Shown piece by piece: positions 1 to 13,698 of a stretch of DNA of 64,000 nt. A program made the position numbers and the translations under genes. The stretch lies in the NCBI RefSeq assembly GCF_036321535.1, contig NC_087436.1, forward strand, positions 45,200,001 through 45,264,000. Reading direction: 5' to 3'. The notes beneath the pieces were generated by a model. It was not told the DNA's origin and made no database searches. It saw only the letters and a program-made list of their open reading frames with translations. The stretch is from Camelus dromedarius. Lineage: Eukaryota. Numbering within the stretch: the stretch's first letter is position 1; the number at the start of each line of letters is the position of its first letter.

Positions 1-1844
1 TACTCACAGGCAGACAAACAGAAGGACAGATAGAGTTACAATCAAACATGTACTTTACTCAGACAGATAATAACTAGCCCCAAGAAGTGACGTGCCTGCT
101 AGGAAAGCCTTGAACGTAGAATTTTCTGACTTTGCCTTTAACTTACTTCTTTCAGCACCGTGCTGCATAGCCAGGGCTGACTCTCTGTAAGTCTCTGTGA
201 CATAGTTTTCCATCTGTTAATGGGGCTAATAATATTTTCATATAGATTTTTGAAAGTAAAAGACATATGAAATATTTAAGAGTCTGGAAGAAATGCCTTC
301 TATTAATTGGAGCTATATGATATGACATTATTCTCTTCAGTACCTGGGGTTTACACAATAGATAGCTATTCAGTGTATATGTGAAATTATGAGGCATCCA
401 AATGCATTAACAAGGGATCTAAGGGGGAATCTTTCCCAAAGAGTGTAACTGGATATCTTTCTGGGAATAATTTAAACACAGGCTGAGGGTGAGTGTACCC
501 TCTAGATCCTTTCTAGTTTTTAATTTCTATGGATCCTAATTTTTCTTCCCCGTTTATTTATTTTTTTAAAGTAACTATGAGACTCACAGGCTAGAGATGG
601 AAAATAAGACAGTGTGCCCTTGAACTTTTCTTTCAAAAATACCATAGCATTTACAGGGATAGTCTGGATTCCTGTGACAGCACAAACTGAGGTCTCCCTT
701 GAAATGAACTCACATATGAACTCACATATCATTTTTCTTTATTTGAACCCACTCCTCATGTTTCCTTATTCTACACACACCACAAAAGAATAAGAGAATT
801 TTTTTACCAGAAAACAGGAAACTGGATTGAGTCTTCTTTTTTTTTTTTTTTTTGCTTCTTCTGTGCTTCATAAAACTGGGAATCCATACATACACTTGTG
901 TGTATCTATCCCTTCTGGAAAAGGCTGAAGTGAAGCCAGTTTTGGCTCATTTTTGACAAAGGGACAAAGCTGAATTGGAAATAACCTTTACGATCAGCAA
1001 CAGGCCCACTATGATGACATGGATTTTGCAGAAGTCTCCCTGACGTTCTCTCCTGGCTCACGTTCTACCATCAGCAACTCATCTAAGTGGAGCATTGCTC
1101 CCACAGCCTGTGTCCTTGGGATCATTCTCTCTCCCCTTCATTCACCTCCTGATGCTCCTCCGTGCAAGATTTCTTCTTCAGCACAGGAAGTCATCTCACT
1201 GTAAATTTCAAATGACTTCACAACAGTAATGGAGATACTCGGGTGCACTCTAGGCAGAGGTAGGTAATGATAGGTAAGATCTCATTTCTCCTTTGAGCCT
1301 GGCATGATTTAGCACAATAACCAGATTCCTAACAGGTTTTTCTAGATTTCACTCCCCACTCAACGTGCATGTTCCTGCAACATGGATATTCTTATTACTC
1401 AGTCCTTACTTGCATCTCTCTTTGGTTCTAGAATAAAACTACTCAAACTCAGTTTAGATATTTTAGCCTACTTTGGAATCTCAGGGAGAGTCTTATGAAC
1501 TACATTCCTAGATTTATTAGGCTTAGGCCATCCTGACCATCTAAGCATTAATTTTCCTACTGTTCACAAATATCCCTGAACTTATCTTTCTCTTTCCTGG
1601 AATGGCCTGCCCAGGACAAATCCTGGAGCTGGGCTTTCCTGATGTCTTTTATTCAATCATTTCTCTTTTCCTCCTCTCTAGCACTTAAGGCATTTCTGAC
1701 TTTCTCCATCCCCTAGATAATATATTTGCTTTTCTTATCTCTGCAGTTTTCTTTTGTTTTTTGAAATTTTCCACATGGAAGTTCTATATTTCTTCCCCTC
1801 AGCAGATTCTGACCCTCCAGTTACAGTCACCACCAGTTCAGTGT

Positions 1845-2200
1845 ACTAGTTAACATTTGGGACTCTGGAGATGGTAGACAAATCGAGATTCAAATTCCAA
1901 CTGTGACACTTAATGCCTATGTGATATGAAGTAATTTCCTACTCACTCTGCATGCCAGTGACTAGAAGCTCTTGCTCTTACCAGGTAGTGACCTTGGGCC
2001 AATGACATAATCACTCCAAACCTCACTGTCCTCATTTGTAAAATGACAGTATCTACCTTATAATGCTAGTATAAAAATAAACGTGATGAACAATACAAAA
2101 GTATTTAGCATGATGTTTAGCTAATGTTTAGCATGTTTAGCTAAAAGTTTAGCATGATGGCTAAATAAACTAATCACTCTATAAACATTAGTTATTACCT
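1845..2200 (+). mobile_element. MIR SINE fragment(s), highly diverged
   Basis: MIR core-like text gtgaccttgggc...cctcactgtcctcatttgtaaaatg...tatctacc...ataaacattagttatta. Confidence 0.7.
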
Positions 2201-4419
2201 CTATTACTTATTCAAATTATCAGCCCCACTTCGTATAGCATTTCGTATAGCAGGTTTCCTGACTTCCCTTGGTTCTCAATGTAAATGCTCTTATTTCTTA
2301 AACCCAGAATTCATCATACCTCATTAGCCAGAGGCTTTTTCTCATGGTCCACATGAAGTTTAGGGTGGAGAGCTGGGGGAGCCAGAGCACTGCCAGACTT
2401 TGTATGCAGTCAAAGTCATCTAAACACGTCTGAATTTGAGTTCTGGTGAGTCCTCACTTGTCCCATCTCTTCTGTCTGCTACAGCTTACTAACAGAGCAG
2501 TTTTCATCTCAATGCATCAAAACCTGAACGCTGAGATTGTAATAATAAGTATAGCTACAACTATAAAACGTCATCGAACCGGGGACTTATGAAACCACAC
2601 GGCGACGACCACAGCGGGGGGAATCTGTGTAAACACCAAGCGCTTCAGAATCCCACAGTCAGGAAGTCAGTGCTCTAATTAAAGGGAAATTCAGGATGGG
2701 AGATTTGACCACTGCCTCAACCACATCACTGAACTCTGGCTTTCTTCAGCTGAAGCGGCTGTCAACCTCCAATGTCTCCTTCCTCCTTCGTTGCTTTGAA
2801 GGCCACTCCTCCAGCAGTGAGAATCCATCGAAGAGAGTATCTTCGATGAGAAGCTATTCCTGTTGCTGCAAACACTTGCCAGAAATTCCAAGAAAATTTA
2901 CAAGGTACATTTGTAGGACAGCGGTAAGTCAGATGCATTTCAAGTTCCCAATTATTATACAAGAAACAGCTTAATTTTTAGATTTTGGTTTTTGTGGCAA
3001 TGGTGATAGTGGACCCCACCCACTTCTCAAAATAAAAAATAAAATAAAAAATAAAAGTAATACATATAGCAATACAAATTATTATTACTTGCAACAATCA
3101 AAAAAACTTCCTGAAAAAATGAAAACTCAGAGTTTTGTATATTAAATACTTCTGTTATTTGAAAACCAAGATTATGCTGGCAGAAAAAACTATTTTAAAA
3201 TCAGCATAGTAATTGAGCTTGCCTACAATGGATGCAACATCAAACAATGATGTGAGGTCTGGTAAGAACCAGCAAACCCTAGCAGATAGTGTAAAAATAA
3301 CCTACAGAAGCAATATTACACCCCTGAGCTTACAGGAACAGTCAGCTCAAGGGGTTTACCTAGGTTCACGTTGTCTCTATGGCTTTACTTCCTGAAGTTG
3401 CTATCAGAAGTTAAAAGAAATTCTTCATAACTGCTTTTAATGGAAACTCAGATTGGTCAATGCACATAAAATACACAAGGCAGTTTGTGTCTTATTTGTT
3501 CCCACTGTTATAAATGGAATTAAACCACTGAAAGTTGTAGACTTTGGGGGTCTTCTTTTCACTGATGAACCCAAGGTGTTTCCCCTCCCTACCAATAACC
3601 ATGATGACATATTTTCCCTAATTCTGCATATACTGAAAATAAATGGTTATGAACAAAACCCAGAAACATAATTTGCATTCGAATGAAATGACCCTGAAAT
3701 TGTTCTTTTTACTGTGGCTTTATCTGCTGTTTCACAGTGCAGATTCCTATAGCTCTCCTGCTTGGAATGACTCAGTATAGATCATAACCAGAGTTGGTGG
3801 AGGAATCCTGAAAGCAGGGATTCTGATTCCTAATGCAATCTGTATACCAACCTACTGCACGTGTTGCTCTTTATTTACAGTTTGGTAAAGATCGTAGGTG
3901 GAGATGTTGTGGACACATGTGCATGATGGTCAAACTGCTTTGAAAAAGGGATGGGGACAAGAGAGGAAGAAAGAAGGAGAGAGAAGTATCCAAGTTCAAG
4001 TCAAGCAGGCATTTCAGATTTCAAGAGACAAGCTGAAAAGGGAACACCTGCTAGACACCCTGGGTCTGAGGGCAGTCTGTGCAAGCCTTCATATCTCTGA
4101 GCGTGCACATAGTGCAGAGGGTGGAGCCTTTTAACCTCAAATCTAAAAAGATTGAGAGATTTCGGAAGGCCCAGATGTGCCAAAGGTCAGAGGGATCAAT
4201 ATGCAGACCCTACCATGGGGGAGGGGGGAAGATTTGGATAGAAAACCACTACAGAAAAGGAAACCTATTTAATTCTGAATAATTAAAAAGTTAAGAATAA
4301 GCAAAGTCGGTTGCCACGGAGGGGAAAGAGGTGGGGTGGGATGGGGGATGAAAAAAAGCAGTTGATGTGGTAATTAAGAATTTGGTGAGAGCCTGGGCAG
4401 GTCACATCCTTTCTCAGAT

Positions 4420-4626
4420 CAGAGCCCCATCAGAAATTCTTTCAAGTGTCCTTCTGCGTCGCCAAAGATGACAACAGCAAATCAATAAGTGCTTGAAATG
4501 AAAGGGGATGTTGGCGAGCCCCCAGGCTACAGATTTCCCGCCGCCTGCCTTTTCTGAACTCCTAGCGTGCCTTTGCACCGCCTCTCTTAAGAAGAGCTAC
4601 CTTTTATTCTTATTCTCAGGACGAAG
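4420..4626 (+). other. PITX2: Distal non-coding 5' exon of PITX2 (start approximate)
   Basis: Consensus donor AAG|GTAAGT at 4626/4627, next to a small CpG-rich patch (4660-4880). It resembles the distal first exon of long human PITX2 transcripts as I recall them. Confidence 0.6.
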
Positions 4627-7600
4627 GTAAGTGCTCAGTTAGCATATCTATTAAATGTCGGCTCCATTTCCAGCTCTCCGACCGAGCTGAGAGAGCGCTG
4701 GGTCGGCCCGCCAGCCAGTCAGCGAAGCTGGAGGAGAGGAGAAGGCTGTCCAGGCCGCCGGCGGGGCCACAAAGCCCCCGGGCTGGCCCAGCTTCTCCCA
4801 GGATTTAGCGCTTCTGGGTCAGGGCTGGAAGGTCCTGTCAGAGCAAAGGGCCTGAGCGACCGCGGCCACCAGAGCGCTCCTTCCACTTCATTTATTTACA
4901 AACAAGCACAAAATCATCAACAACAGAGAAGGGCCAGTGCTCCAAAATTAAAGCTCGAAATCACCGGAAACTCCGTTCTGAGTTCCAGACCTCGGTCTGT
5001 TACCCTTCCAATATTCGTCTCTCCCCTGATATGTCTTGATTTTACAGTCTTTCCAGAGCCCAGCATCCCCAAGATGTTTTAATTAGGTAATTCATTAGTG
5101 AGTCAATACAGACATGTATATATTCTTTTAGCTCAAGTGGTTAAGCACTAATTTCGAAATGCTTATAAAACACGGGAATAAGCAACGCATAGTAATTTTA
5201 ATTTGTATGCAAATCAATTGGTTCATCTTAAATGCCTAAAAACAGAAAAACAATTATTGTATTGTAGGATCGGAGGTAAGGATCAAACTGCCTGCACAGA
5301 CAATTCGGAAGCAGACCCTGGACTGGGAAGAAAATTTAGAACAGCCAGCAAATCAATAATGTTTGAGGCAGTTAAACATCTCTAGCTATTGGTATTTACA
5401 TACTGGCTTTTTGTCAGATAAGGAGTTGGGGAAATTGCTTGCCAGGGTTGAAATCATAATCCAGAGTGAAGAAAGTAAATGGTAGCACGCAGCCAGCCAC
5501 GGGGGGCTTCAAAACAATACTGTACCTTTCCCAAATCCTACCTCTTGGGTGAGAAGTGAGCTGGCAGACGTTGTTCCACATTTGTCCTCGGTTTTGCCCC
5601 ACTTTGATCACAAAATGTTATGTCCTCTCTGAGCTTCACGATTTGATTCTTATCCTAATATTTCTGCCACTTGCTTCAAAATATTAGAGAGAGGGACATA
5701 ATTCAGAATCTCACTAAAAATTCTCTGAACCCATGTAGCCAGCACCATTATTCCTATGCTGATGGGGAGCTGGGGGCTATGTTTAGTTCTCTGTACCCCC
5801 TACACATTAAATCAAACAATTGAAAAGGCAAAAGGAACGGCTAGAGGAAATGGTCCAGTGCACTAGTTTACTGGAAGGTTATTATCTTTAGACAGAGTTC
5901 AAAATTTTGGTAAAGTAACAAGGATGTATATTTCCAGGAAAAAAAATTTAAGATATTCAAGAACAGTGAATCTCACCAGGAGATCGACTCCGGAGTTGTT
6001 TATGTAAAAGTGTAACATACTTGAAATTCACTGATACATAAGGTCAGTGTCTCCCCACCCCAGGCTCACAGCCCAGGCGATCTGGCCCTTAAGGAGCTGG
6101 TACCTTTGATGCTACAATCTTGTTTACATCTGCAGGGCAGAGAATTGCTTGCTTTGCTTGGACGGTCCCTCCACCCCCTTCTAATTTGAAGTAATCGGAA
6201 TCTAAATACAATCGCCACAGCCCACTCTTCCATTTCTGTTCTGAAGAGAGAAAAAACCTGAAATCCACGTCTTAAATCAGCATGGTGGTTTGTAGCCCCC
6301 CAGCACCCTGCCTCTCTGCTGCATGCCTAATGTATTCCCTGGTGGTTCTGGGCATTAATTAGTTGTTTAATAGGAGTATGACTAAAAATGTAAAAGAAGG
6401 ATTAGGAGCGTGAAACGTATGTCCAGCTCCTTCCACACACTCGAGGAGGGAATGAGAATCATTCTGTATCTTCTATTTCTCCAGGAGCCATTTGCATTTC
6501 CCACCAGCTGCTCACTTCAGCTGCACTGGCTCTGGGCAAGGCGAGGACCCAAAAGCTCGGCACGGTGTCTGCGGCGGCCGGGGCTGGGGTTAACCAGCCC
6601 CTGGCGGGCGAGACTCCAGACATAAGGGGGGGCGAGGGGAATGTGAGCTTCCCGGAGCCCCTTCATCCTAGCCCGGGTTTGCAAACCTTTGAATCCTGAA
6701 AGAGGGAGGAGTGGCACGCGCTTATCTGCGCGTCTCTGCAGCGCAGTCCCTTTCTCTTTCTCTTGTCTCTCCGCGCGTCTCAGAATCTTCCTATCTCTGA
6801 TTTTCTCACTTTTTCTCCACTTTTCCGTGAGATTCCCCATCCTCGCCTCCGGATGAAGGCAAGGCTGTTCTGCTATGAGCGTCTCTTAATCTCCATAAAA
6901 TGAAAAGAAAGGGGAAGACGTTAACCCATAATTCAGGGGGCTGGGGAAGCAGCAAAAATCTTTGATGGGCAGCGACGAAAATGTCTTTCTTACACTACAT
7001 TACGCGGTATGTTATGACCTTAGATTTCAGTCCAGCGACTTGAAGAAATTTGATTTTCTTGCCTCAGCAAGATTTCAGAAAGCAGAAATAGAAATTCTCA
7101 GAGACAGAGGGGAAAGAAAAGTAAAAACAGCAAGTGGGCATTTTACCCTCATTTCTCTCCCCTTAAATAAAACTGTCTTGAATTTCCACCGGGTAAAAAG
7201 AGAAAATTTGAGTTTTCACGGATGTTACGTGGAGGTTAGAAATGGCTTAAAAATGTAGACCTCTCATCAGTTTTCTTCGTGGCTGAAGAGGCTAACCCTT
7301 TCCATAAAATGAGTCCATCTGTCGACTGTTAGCTATTTCAAAGTGAAGGGATTTAGCACTCAAAACAAATTGAGCAAGTTTGTTTGCCTGTTTTTACTGC
7401 TAACTCAAATGAATTCAAAACACGGAGTAATTCAAGAAAATACATAACATGTTTCAGACAGCCCCCAAATGTAGGGAAATCCCGGCACATATATGGTGAC
7501 CTAGGTTATTTTAAACGCCAGGCTTTCAAAAATGTATGTATCTCACACATGTTCTCCCAACATCATTCTTTTTTCTTAAAATTGCAAGATTGGTATATTG

Positions 7601-8149
7601 ACTTAGGAAGAGCAATAAAACTTTTAAAGGGGACTTTATCCTCTCTTGAGGACCAAAGGGGAGGACTCTCTAACGGTGGGCCTGGCTGAGTTTTGCCCCT
7701 ATGCAGGAAATAATATTGGTGGGAATACCAAATGGGACCTATGGATGTTTTCCTGACACATTTCAAAAACATGCATTAACACGGCGCTCTTGAGATTCAA
7801 AGAACGTTGTCCAATATGCCTGGCAGAAGTCTTGGCACCTGGTCTTCCAGGAGAATCGTATTTATAGTCCTTCTACCCAAAGGCAGGACAGAGCAAAAAT
7901 ATCCTCTTGCTACCAAAATACAAGCCCTTGCTGGAGTAAAGAAATCGGAAAATCAGGTTTTAGAAGTGGGGCACACATTTGGGGGAAAGGATGACCCTCC
8001 TAACTTCACATGTTCTTCGGTTTTTAGGAGCAAATCTGAATTTGAGGGTAGCTTCCTTTCCCATCCCCATCACCATCCCTTGCAATTTAATACTATGCTC
8101 GCCAGGAACCTTAACCTCGTCATTTTAAAAAATGAGATATCCGTGACCC

Positions 8150-9480
8150 GGAGTGAACTTGTTGAGTGTAGGTACAGCAGAGGAAATTCTAGACTCTACG
8201 ATCACCCGAGCCTTATCCAGCGCAACCCCTTGGTGCACACTGGTCAGCGCGCAGCGGTGCCCACCTGCGCGCGGACACTGGGTGCAGCGCTCTTGGTCAC
8301 CCCGCCTTGACCTCGGGCGCGGCTTCCCGGTCGGTGGTGCTGGGCCAGGCATCCAGGCCTTCCCCGGGTGACTAGCCTTGTTCATTTCTTCCTAGATGTC
8401 TCCCTCCCACCCTCTTCCCAGATCCCGCCACCCCACCAAGCCCCCACTCGCTCCAGTTTTCCAGATTTCTCCTCAGTCATCCTCTCACACCCCCACCCCG
8501 CCTACCTTCACTCCAGCCTCCTGTCTGTCTCCCGCAATCCCTGGTTTCTGTGACCTCTTTCCTCAACCCTGCAGGCCCGAAAGAAGGTCACACACAAGCA
8601 CAGTCAAACTCACACCCCATATGCCTCGCCCCCAAACGAACCCATGCACATTATCCTTTGTTCCATTTCTTGGGCCACTTTCTCTACCCCTTTCTCCCTA
8701 CCAGTCCGGGTTTGCTCCCCGGGAGTTTGCCCCGACGCCTTTGCCCTCCCCTTCTGATTTATTAGAGCTCCCGGTTTGGCGCAGATTCCTTTTTCTTCTC
8801 CTCCTTCCCATCCTCCCTTCCCGTCCTCCTTTCCACAGTGGGCGTGCTTGAGCCTCCTGCTCAGTCGGCTTCTGTCTAAGCGCCCTGCCCGACTCCCTCT
8901 CCTTTCGCTCTCCGGGCTCTTTCCCTGGCTCCCGACTCTCCGCCCGCGGGCCTCCACCTCCCTCCCCTGCCCCGCGTCTCGCGCCCCTGCTGGCTCCCCC
9001 CCGTGCTCGCCCGAGCGCTGCGCTCGCTCCTTGATCGCCCGCCGCGCGGCCGGCTCGGCTGCCCGCCCGCCCGCCCGCCCGCCACTGTGCAGTGGAGTTT
9101 GGTGGAATCTCTGCTGACGTCACGTCACTCCCCACACCGAGTCGGAGCTGAGGGAAGAGAGAGGGATGAGAGCGAGGGAGGGGAGAGAGAGTGCGAGACC
9201 GGGAGAGAAAGCTGGAGAAGAGCAGAAAGAAACTGCCAGTGACGGCTAGATTCCGGAGGCCGCCGCGGACCCGTAGACCCCCTCGGAACTTGGCACCCTC
9301 CGGAGCCCAGCAGTACTCTCGGGCCCGGCTTTCGGGCGCTTGCGGTGCAGCCCGCGCCTCGGTTCGCTGGAAATCTCTCCAGGACGCGGCGGGACGCGGA
9401 GACAGCCGCTCTCTCCCGGTAGCCGGTAAGTGGAGGCCCCCTCTCCCGCAGGGATGTGAGATAATGCGAGTTTGGAAATT
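8150..9480. promoter_or_regulatory. CpG island / PITX2a-b promoter region
   Basis: GC- and CpG-dense; (GCCC)n run at 9061-9083; full CRE palindrome TGACGTCA at 9115-9122. Confidence 0.8.
8839..9425 (+). other. PITX2: PITX2a/b non-coding 5'UTR exon
   Basis: Pyrimidine tract plus ttccacAG ending at 8838, donor CCG|GTAAGT at 9425/9426. Splices to the exon at 13176 to give ...GGTAGCCG-ATAACGGGGAATG, as in the recalled human mRNA. Confidence 0.85.
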
Positions 9481-12400
9481 TGTTCCACTTTGGAGATTCT
9501 TCGCCGTAGGTGATTTGTGGCTCTTAGGGCTGCCTTTCCCCCTAGGTAACGCACTTGGCAAACAGACCTTGCAAAGCCCCGTTCCCTTCGTCCCAGTCAC
9601 AGACACTAACAATCTATGCATGGGGTGCTGAAGTCGAGTGGGAAGCGAGGCCATGGCTGGCATTTAAAACGAGGTATCTTCCCTTAAATCTTGGTGCCAA
9701 CGCTGAAGGGACAAATCCTCAGATTGAGGATTAGAATTCTCAAGATAAAGGGCCGGGTACAAAGTTTCAGCTACTGGAAGATTAGCCCCCTTCCCATTGT
9801 TATCAATTGGAAAAAAAAGCTTCCATCTTAACTGGCAGTTAGTGACCTCTCAGGCCCAAGCGAATTACCTGGGAGCCAGGCCTGGATGCCAAGCTCACAC
9901 AATTACTTCGGATTATAAATCCCTTAAATTGATTACCAGTCAACTCCAATCTTGCACTTCAGGAGATACATTTTAAATGTGTGCAGGGAAGAGGACTATT
10001 TTCTGACTGTCCAGTAAGAAAAACATTATGATTCTGAATCAGAGAAATATGTTCCTCTTTTTATTCCAATTTAACGATTTTACTTTCCTAAGCAATTTAG
10101 AAATCTTTTTTCTCTTTTCTTAAAGTAAACTAAAATTTTAAAAAAAACTTTTACTATCACAAATTTAAATAATATACGGAATTCACGCATTCTAAAGTAA
10201 TTTATGAAATATTAATTTGATTTAGAGAGATTTTCTTGCATTCTTTTTAGTCCATTAATAATAATTAAAGATGCTTTTAATATCATTTTGGAGGAAAGCC
10301 ATCTAAAATTCAAATGCCATTTAAGTCAAGGAAACAAAGCACTTAAGCAATATAGATAGAGGATTTTTGTTGATGTAACATAAAATAAGCATACAAGGCT
10401 TCAAATATCAAACTTTCCCTAAAAATTAAATAGCTACTTCATTTATGGACTGTTTTACTCTACCTCAGCAAAACTACACTTAAATTATTCAGGTGCTTTG
10501 TTCCTCAAGTTGAGCGTGTTTGTCCTCAAGTGTTCCTAAAGCATCAATATTAATTGGTTTAAAAGAAGGCTTAAACTGGTAAAATACAGAACTGTGCTAA
10601 GCAGCATTTTAATTTCCTTAAATGATTATCCACTGCAAATTAATTTACTGACTAATCTCACTAATTCAGTTCACTTAAAACATATGTTCTTGTCATGTTT
10701 ATTTTTAAACTTTCCATTAAAGATTTTGTTATGCGGTAATAATGTGAATGGAAAGAAGGGAAATGCGAGGGAATTTGGAATTATTAAGACTGTATTTGTT
10801 TCCAGCAATTTCATCTTATGACAATCAACAGAAATTATTTTTAAGCAAATTGTTTTATTTCCTTCTATTTGTCTGCCCTAGCCAGAGGTTCAGCGGGCTC
10901 CATTAGCTGTGTAGTGCTTTTTAGCAAGCTCACAATAGATAACTCAAGGTGGCCAAAACAAGATTGCCGCATATATATACATTCCAAGCAGGACATGAAC
11001 TTTTAGGGTGAGAACAACTATCCAACAGGAAAAGTTGCTCATCTTAATTTGTGAGATTAGCCATTCAAGCCAGTGCCTAAATCCTGCAGCCAAATTTGTC
11101 TTGTAAGACTTGTCTTGACAGGGCAAGTTTAAGGATCAGCAGGCAGGACTTGGAGGTCCCTTCTTAAAAATTATCTTCCCCAGTTATATAGAGTCAATTC
11201 ATCTAGGAGGCCTGATCTTTAAATGAAGCAAAAAAAAAAAAATGCAGGTCTCAGGACTCATTTTGACTGCAAAATAAATCCACAAATCACAAGGACACGT
11301 AGGAGTAAGCTAAGGAACACGCCTTGACCTTATTTTCAGTCTTTAGAGAGGAGTTCTTGAAGATTTGTTTTGTGTTGCTTTGTTTGGTCTTCAGTACTGA
11401 ACCTTGGGAGTAGGGGGAGAATGTGTAATAATTGACTGACTTTACGCTGAGCGACTGGATCTTTTTCTTTTGTATATGTCATTATTTTAAAAAATAAAAA
11501 CTATTTGCAGTTACCATCTGCAAAGCTAATAATGCAGCCAGTTCAGAAATAAGAAAAAAGAAAAGAAAAAAAAGATTATCGAAATGATGATGACATGCAA
11601 ATTTCCCCTGAAATTATCATAAGTAAACATTTGAAGTCTGGACTAATAAAATCCCATCTGTGTTACTTCATATCGAGTTAGTAGAAAGCTGTGATAATGA
11701 ATTTTGTAATATCTCACGAACAGACATCTCAATCAGGGACTAATCCTGTGATTTTACTGCAGAATCACTAAATCTGGAGCCGCCAAACTGCTACTTCTGG
11801 GCGCCCGGGCCTGCAAGGATCAGCAGAGTCCCCGCCCGCGTCCACGCTAGCGGGTGGGGGAACCGCCTGGCTGTCCCCTCCCTTGGATCCCCACGCTTGC
11901 CGCGCGGGGCAGCCCCTTTTCTAGGCACCGACCTTGGCCAGAGGCCCCTCGGCCCGGCTCCTACCAGGAGAGGCCGAGAGCCGAGAAATGCGACTCAGTC
12001 AAGAGCCAAACCCCGCAGCTCCCTGCCCAGCCTCTGCCCCTCGAACAACCGGGCAACGCCCGCCCCCAACCCCAGCCCTGGACCCCAGCGAGGTGGGCCC
12101 TCCCGCCGCCGGCGTACCCTGGTTAACGTGGAGCGAGGCAGGCGCCGTGATCCAAGGGGCCTGGGGAGCTGGGACCTTCTTTCCTTTCTTCTGTCTTTAA
12201 AGCAGCCACGGCTCTTCTACCCTCCCCGACAGAGCCCCTCGCCACCCACCTCTCCCGGTTTGCCCGTGGCAGAGAAGGGGGCGCGCGTTAAACGCTTGGC
12301 TCGCTGCGCTCTGGTTAGAAATTTGAAAAAGATCTGGTTTGCCAGGGAGGAGAAGGGGGAGTACTGGGGAAGCCATTCCCTCGGAGCTATTTCTCTGTCC

Positions 12401-13185
12401 TTGGCGAGCGGTAAACCCTCCGGGGACTTTTGCCTCGCTCTCCTCAGTCTCACTCGGTCCACCCCATTTCCCTGCTCGGCGATCTTAAATCATACTTTAG
12501 GGTAAATAAATGGCTGGGTGAGTATCTCCAGGGGAAAGTGTGGCTAAATATGGAAAAGTGGCTCCTGATGGATGAGAGGCCCGAAGCCAGCTCACTCCTG
12601 GAGCACCACAGGCAGAGAGCTTTGGAGTCCTGTGTGTTTCAGAATTACAGAAAATCGAGAATTGCTGTCTAGGACAGGGACAAGTTGTTTCTGGCATTTT
12701 ATAAATATTTGCTGAGCTCCATTTAACGAACAAGCACTGTGCTGGCCTTCGCACACAAGTCCCCAAAGAGAAAGTCCTCTCCACTCATCCCTAAATTTTG
12801 TATCTGCTAAGGTTGTCCTCGTGTTCAGACGGGCTTTTAACCCCTTACACAGACACTCTTGTGGATAGTTCCACAGCCTAAGTTCCCAGAACATGGTGGT
12901 TTTATCGGCCAAGAGCCCCTGGGCCCATTCGCTGCAACTCTGGAGGCCGATCCCGCCCCTTGGTAAACATTCAGATGTCCTGGACCAGGGCTAGGATGGG
13001 GATGAGGCTGGGCAGCCAGAGGCTGTCAAGTCCGAGAAACACTCCTAAAACCTAGCACAGAGTAGGCGCCTAATAGCTAGTGTTGAATTTGTTTGCCCCA
13101 CAGGTAGCCTCCTTTGAGCCCTGCGCGCTTGCCTGCCGCCGACTCTCACAGCCTTCTTTCTCTTCTGTTTTGTAGATAACGGGGA

Positions 13186-13231
13186 ATGGAGACCAACTGT
13201 CGCAAGTTAGTGTCGGCGTGTGTGCAATTAG
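13186..13231 (+). CDS. PITX2: PITX2a/b first coding exon (METNCRKLVSACVQL + 1 nt; exon begins 13176)
   Basis: Acceptor ttttgtAG at 13174-13175, ATG at 13186, donor G|GTAAGA at 13232, phase 1. Confidence 0.97.
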
Positions 13232-13698
13232 GTAAGAGTCGTTTCTTCTGCCAGGGTCACCCGACGGGAGACCGCGCCACGCGAGGGCGGCGAGAGGGCA
13301 CAGGTCCCGCGGCGAGGCCGCGCGAGGGGGGCTTCCCGCAGGAGCCGCCCAGGGCAGGAAGGAAATCAGAACCAGGACGCCGGCAGCCTCTCCCCGCGGG
13401 GGGCTGTGGGTAGGGAGGGGGCCGCTCGCCGCGTCTCGAAGCCCCGGGCCTCCTCCTCCCGGGGGGAGCCGCTGACAGCCAGGGAGGCGCGGTGAGGGTA
13501 CGCCGCCCTGCGCCGGGTTGCCAGAGGGTCCGGGAGACTGGAGTGTCCTCCGCTCTTTCCTCTAACTGGGTCTTTGCTCTTTGTCCCTTTTTCTCCTCTG
13601 TTCTGCCTCCCTCTCCCACCCCGCTCAACCCCTGTTACATTCCGCCGCCGTCTGGGGCCTCTCTTTCCCCGCACGTGGGGCGGGCGCGCGTGGCCCAG

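Noticed and set aside
2228..2252. ACTTCGTATAGCAT matches 14 nt of loxP, followed by a tandem TTCGTATAGCA
   Set aside because: Only a partial half-site with no inverted second arm and no vector sequence; best explained as chance plus a local 12-bp duplication
8698..9663. 321-aa minus-strand ORF over the PITX2a/b promoter
   Set aside because: Arg/Gly/Ala-rich composition typical of stop-poor CpG islands, with no recognisable domain
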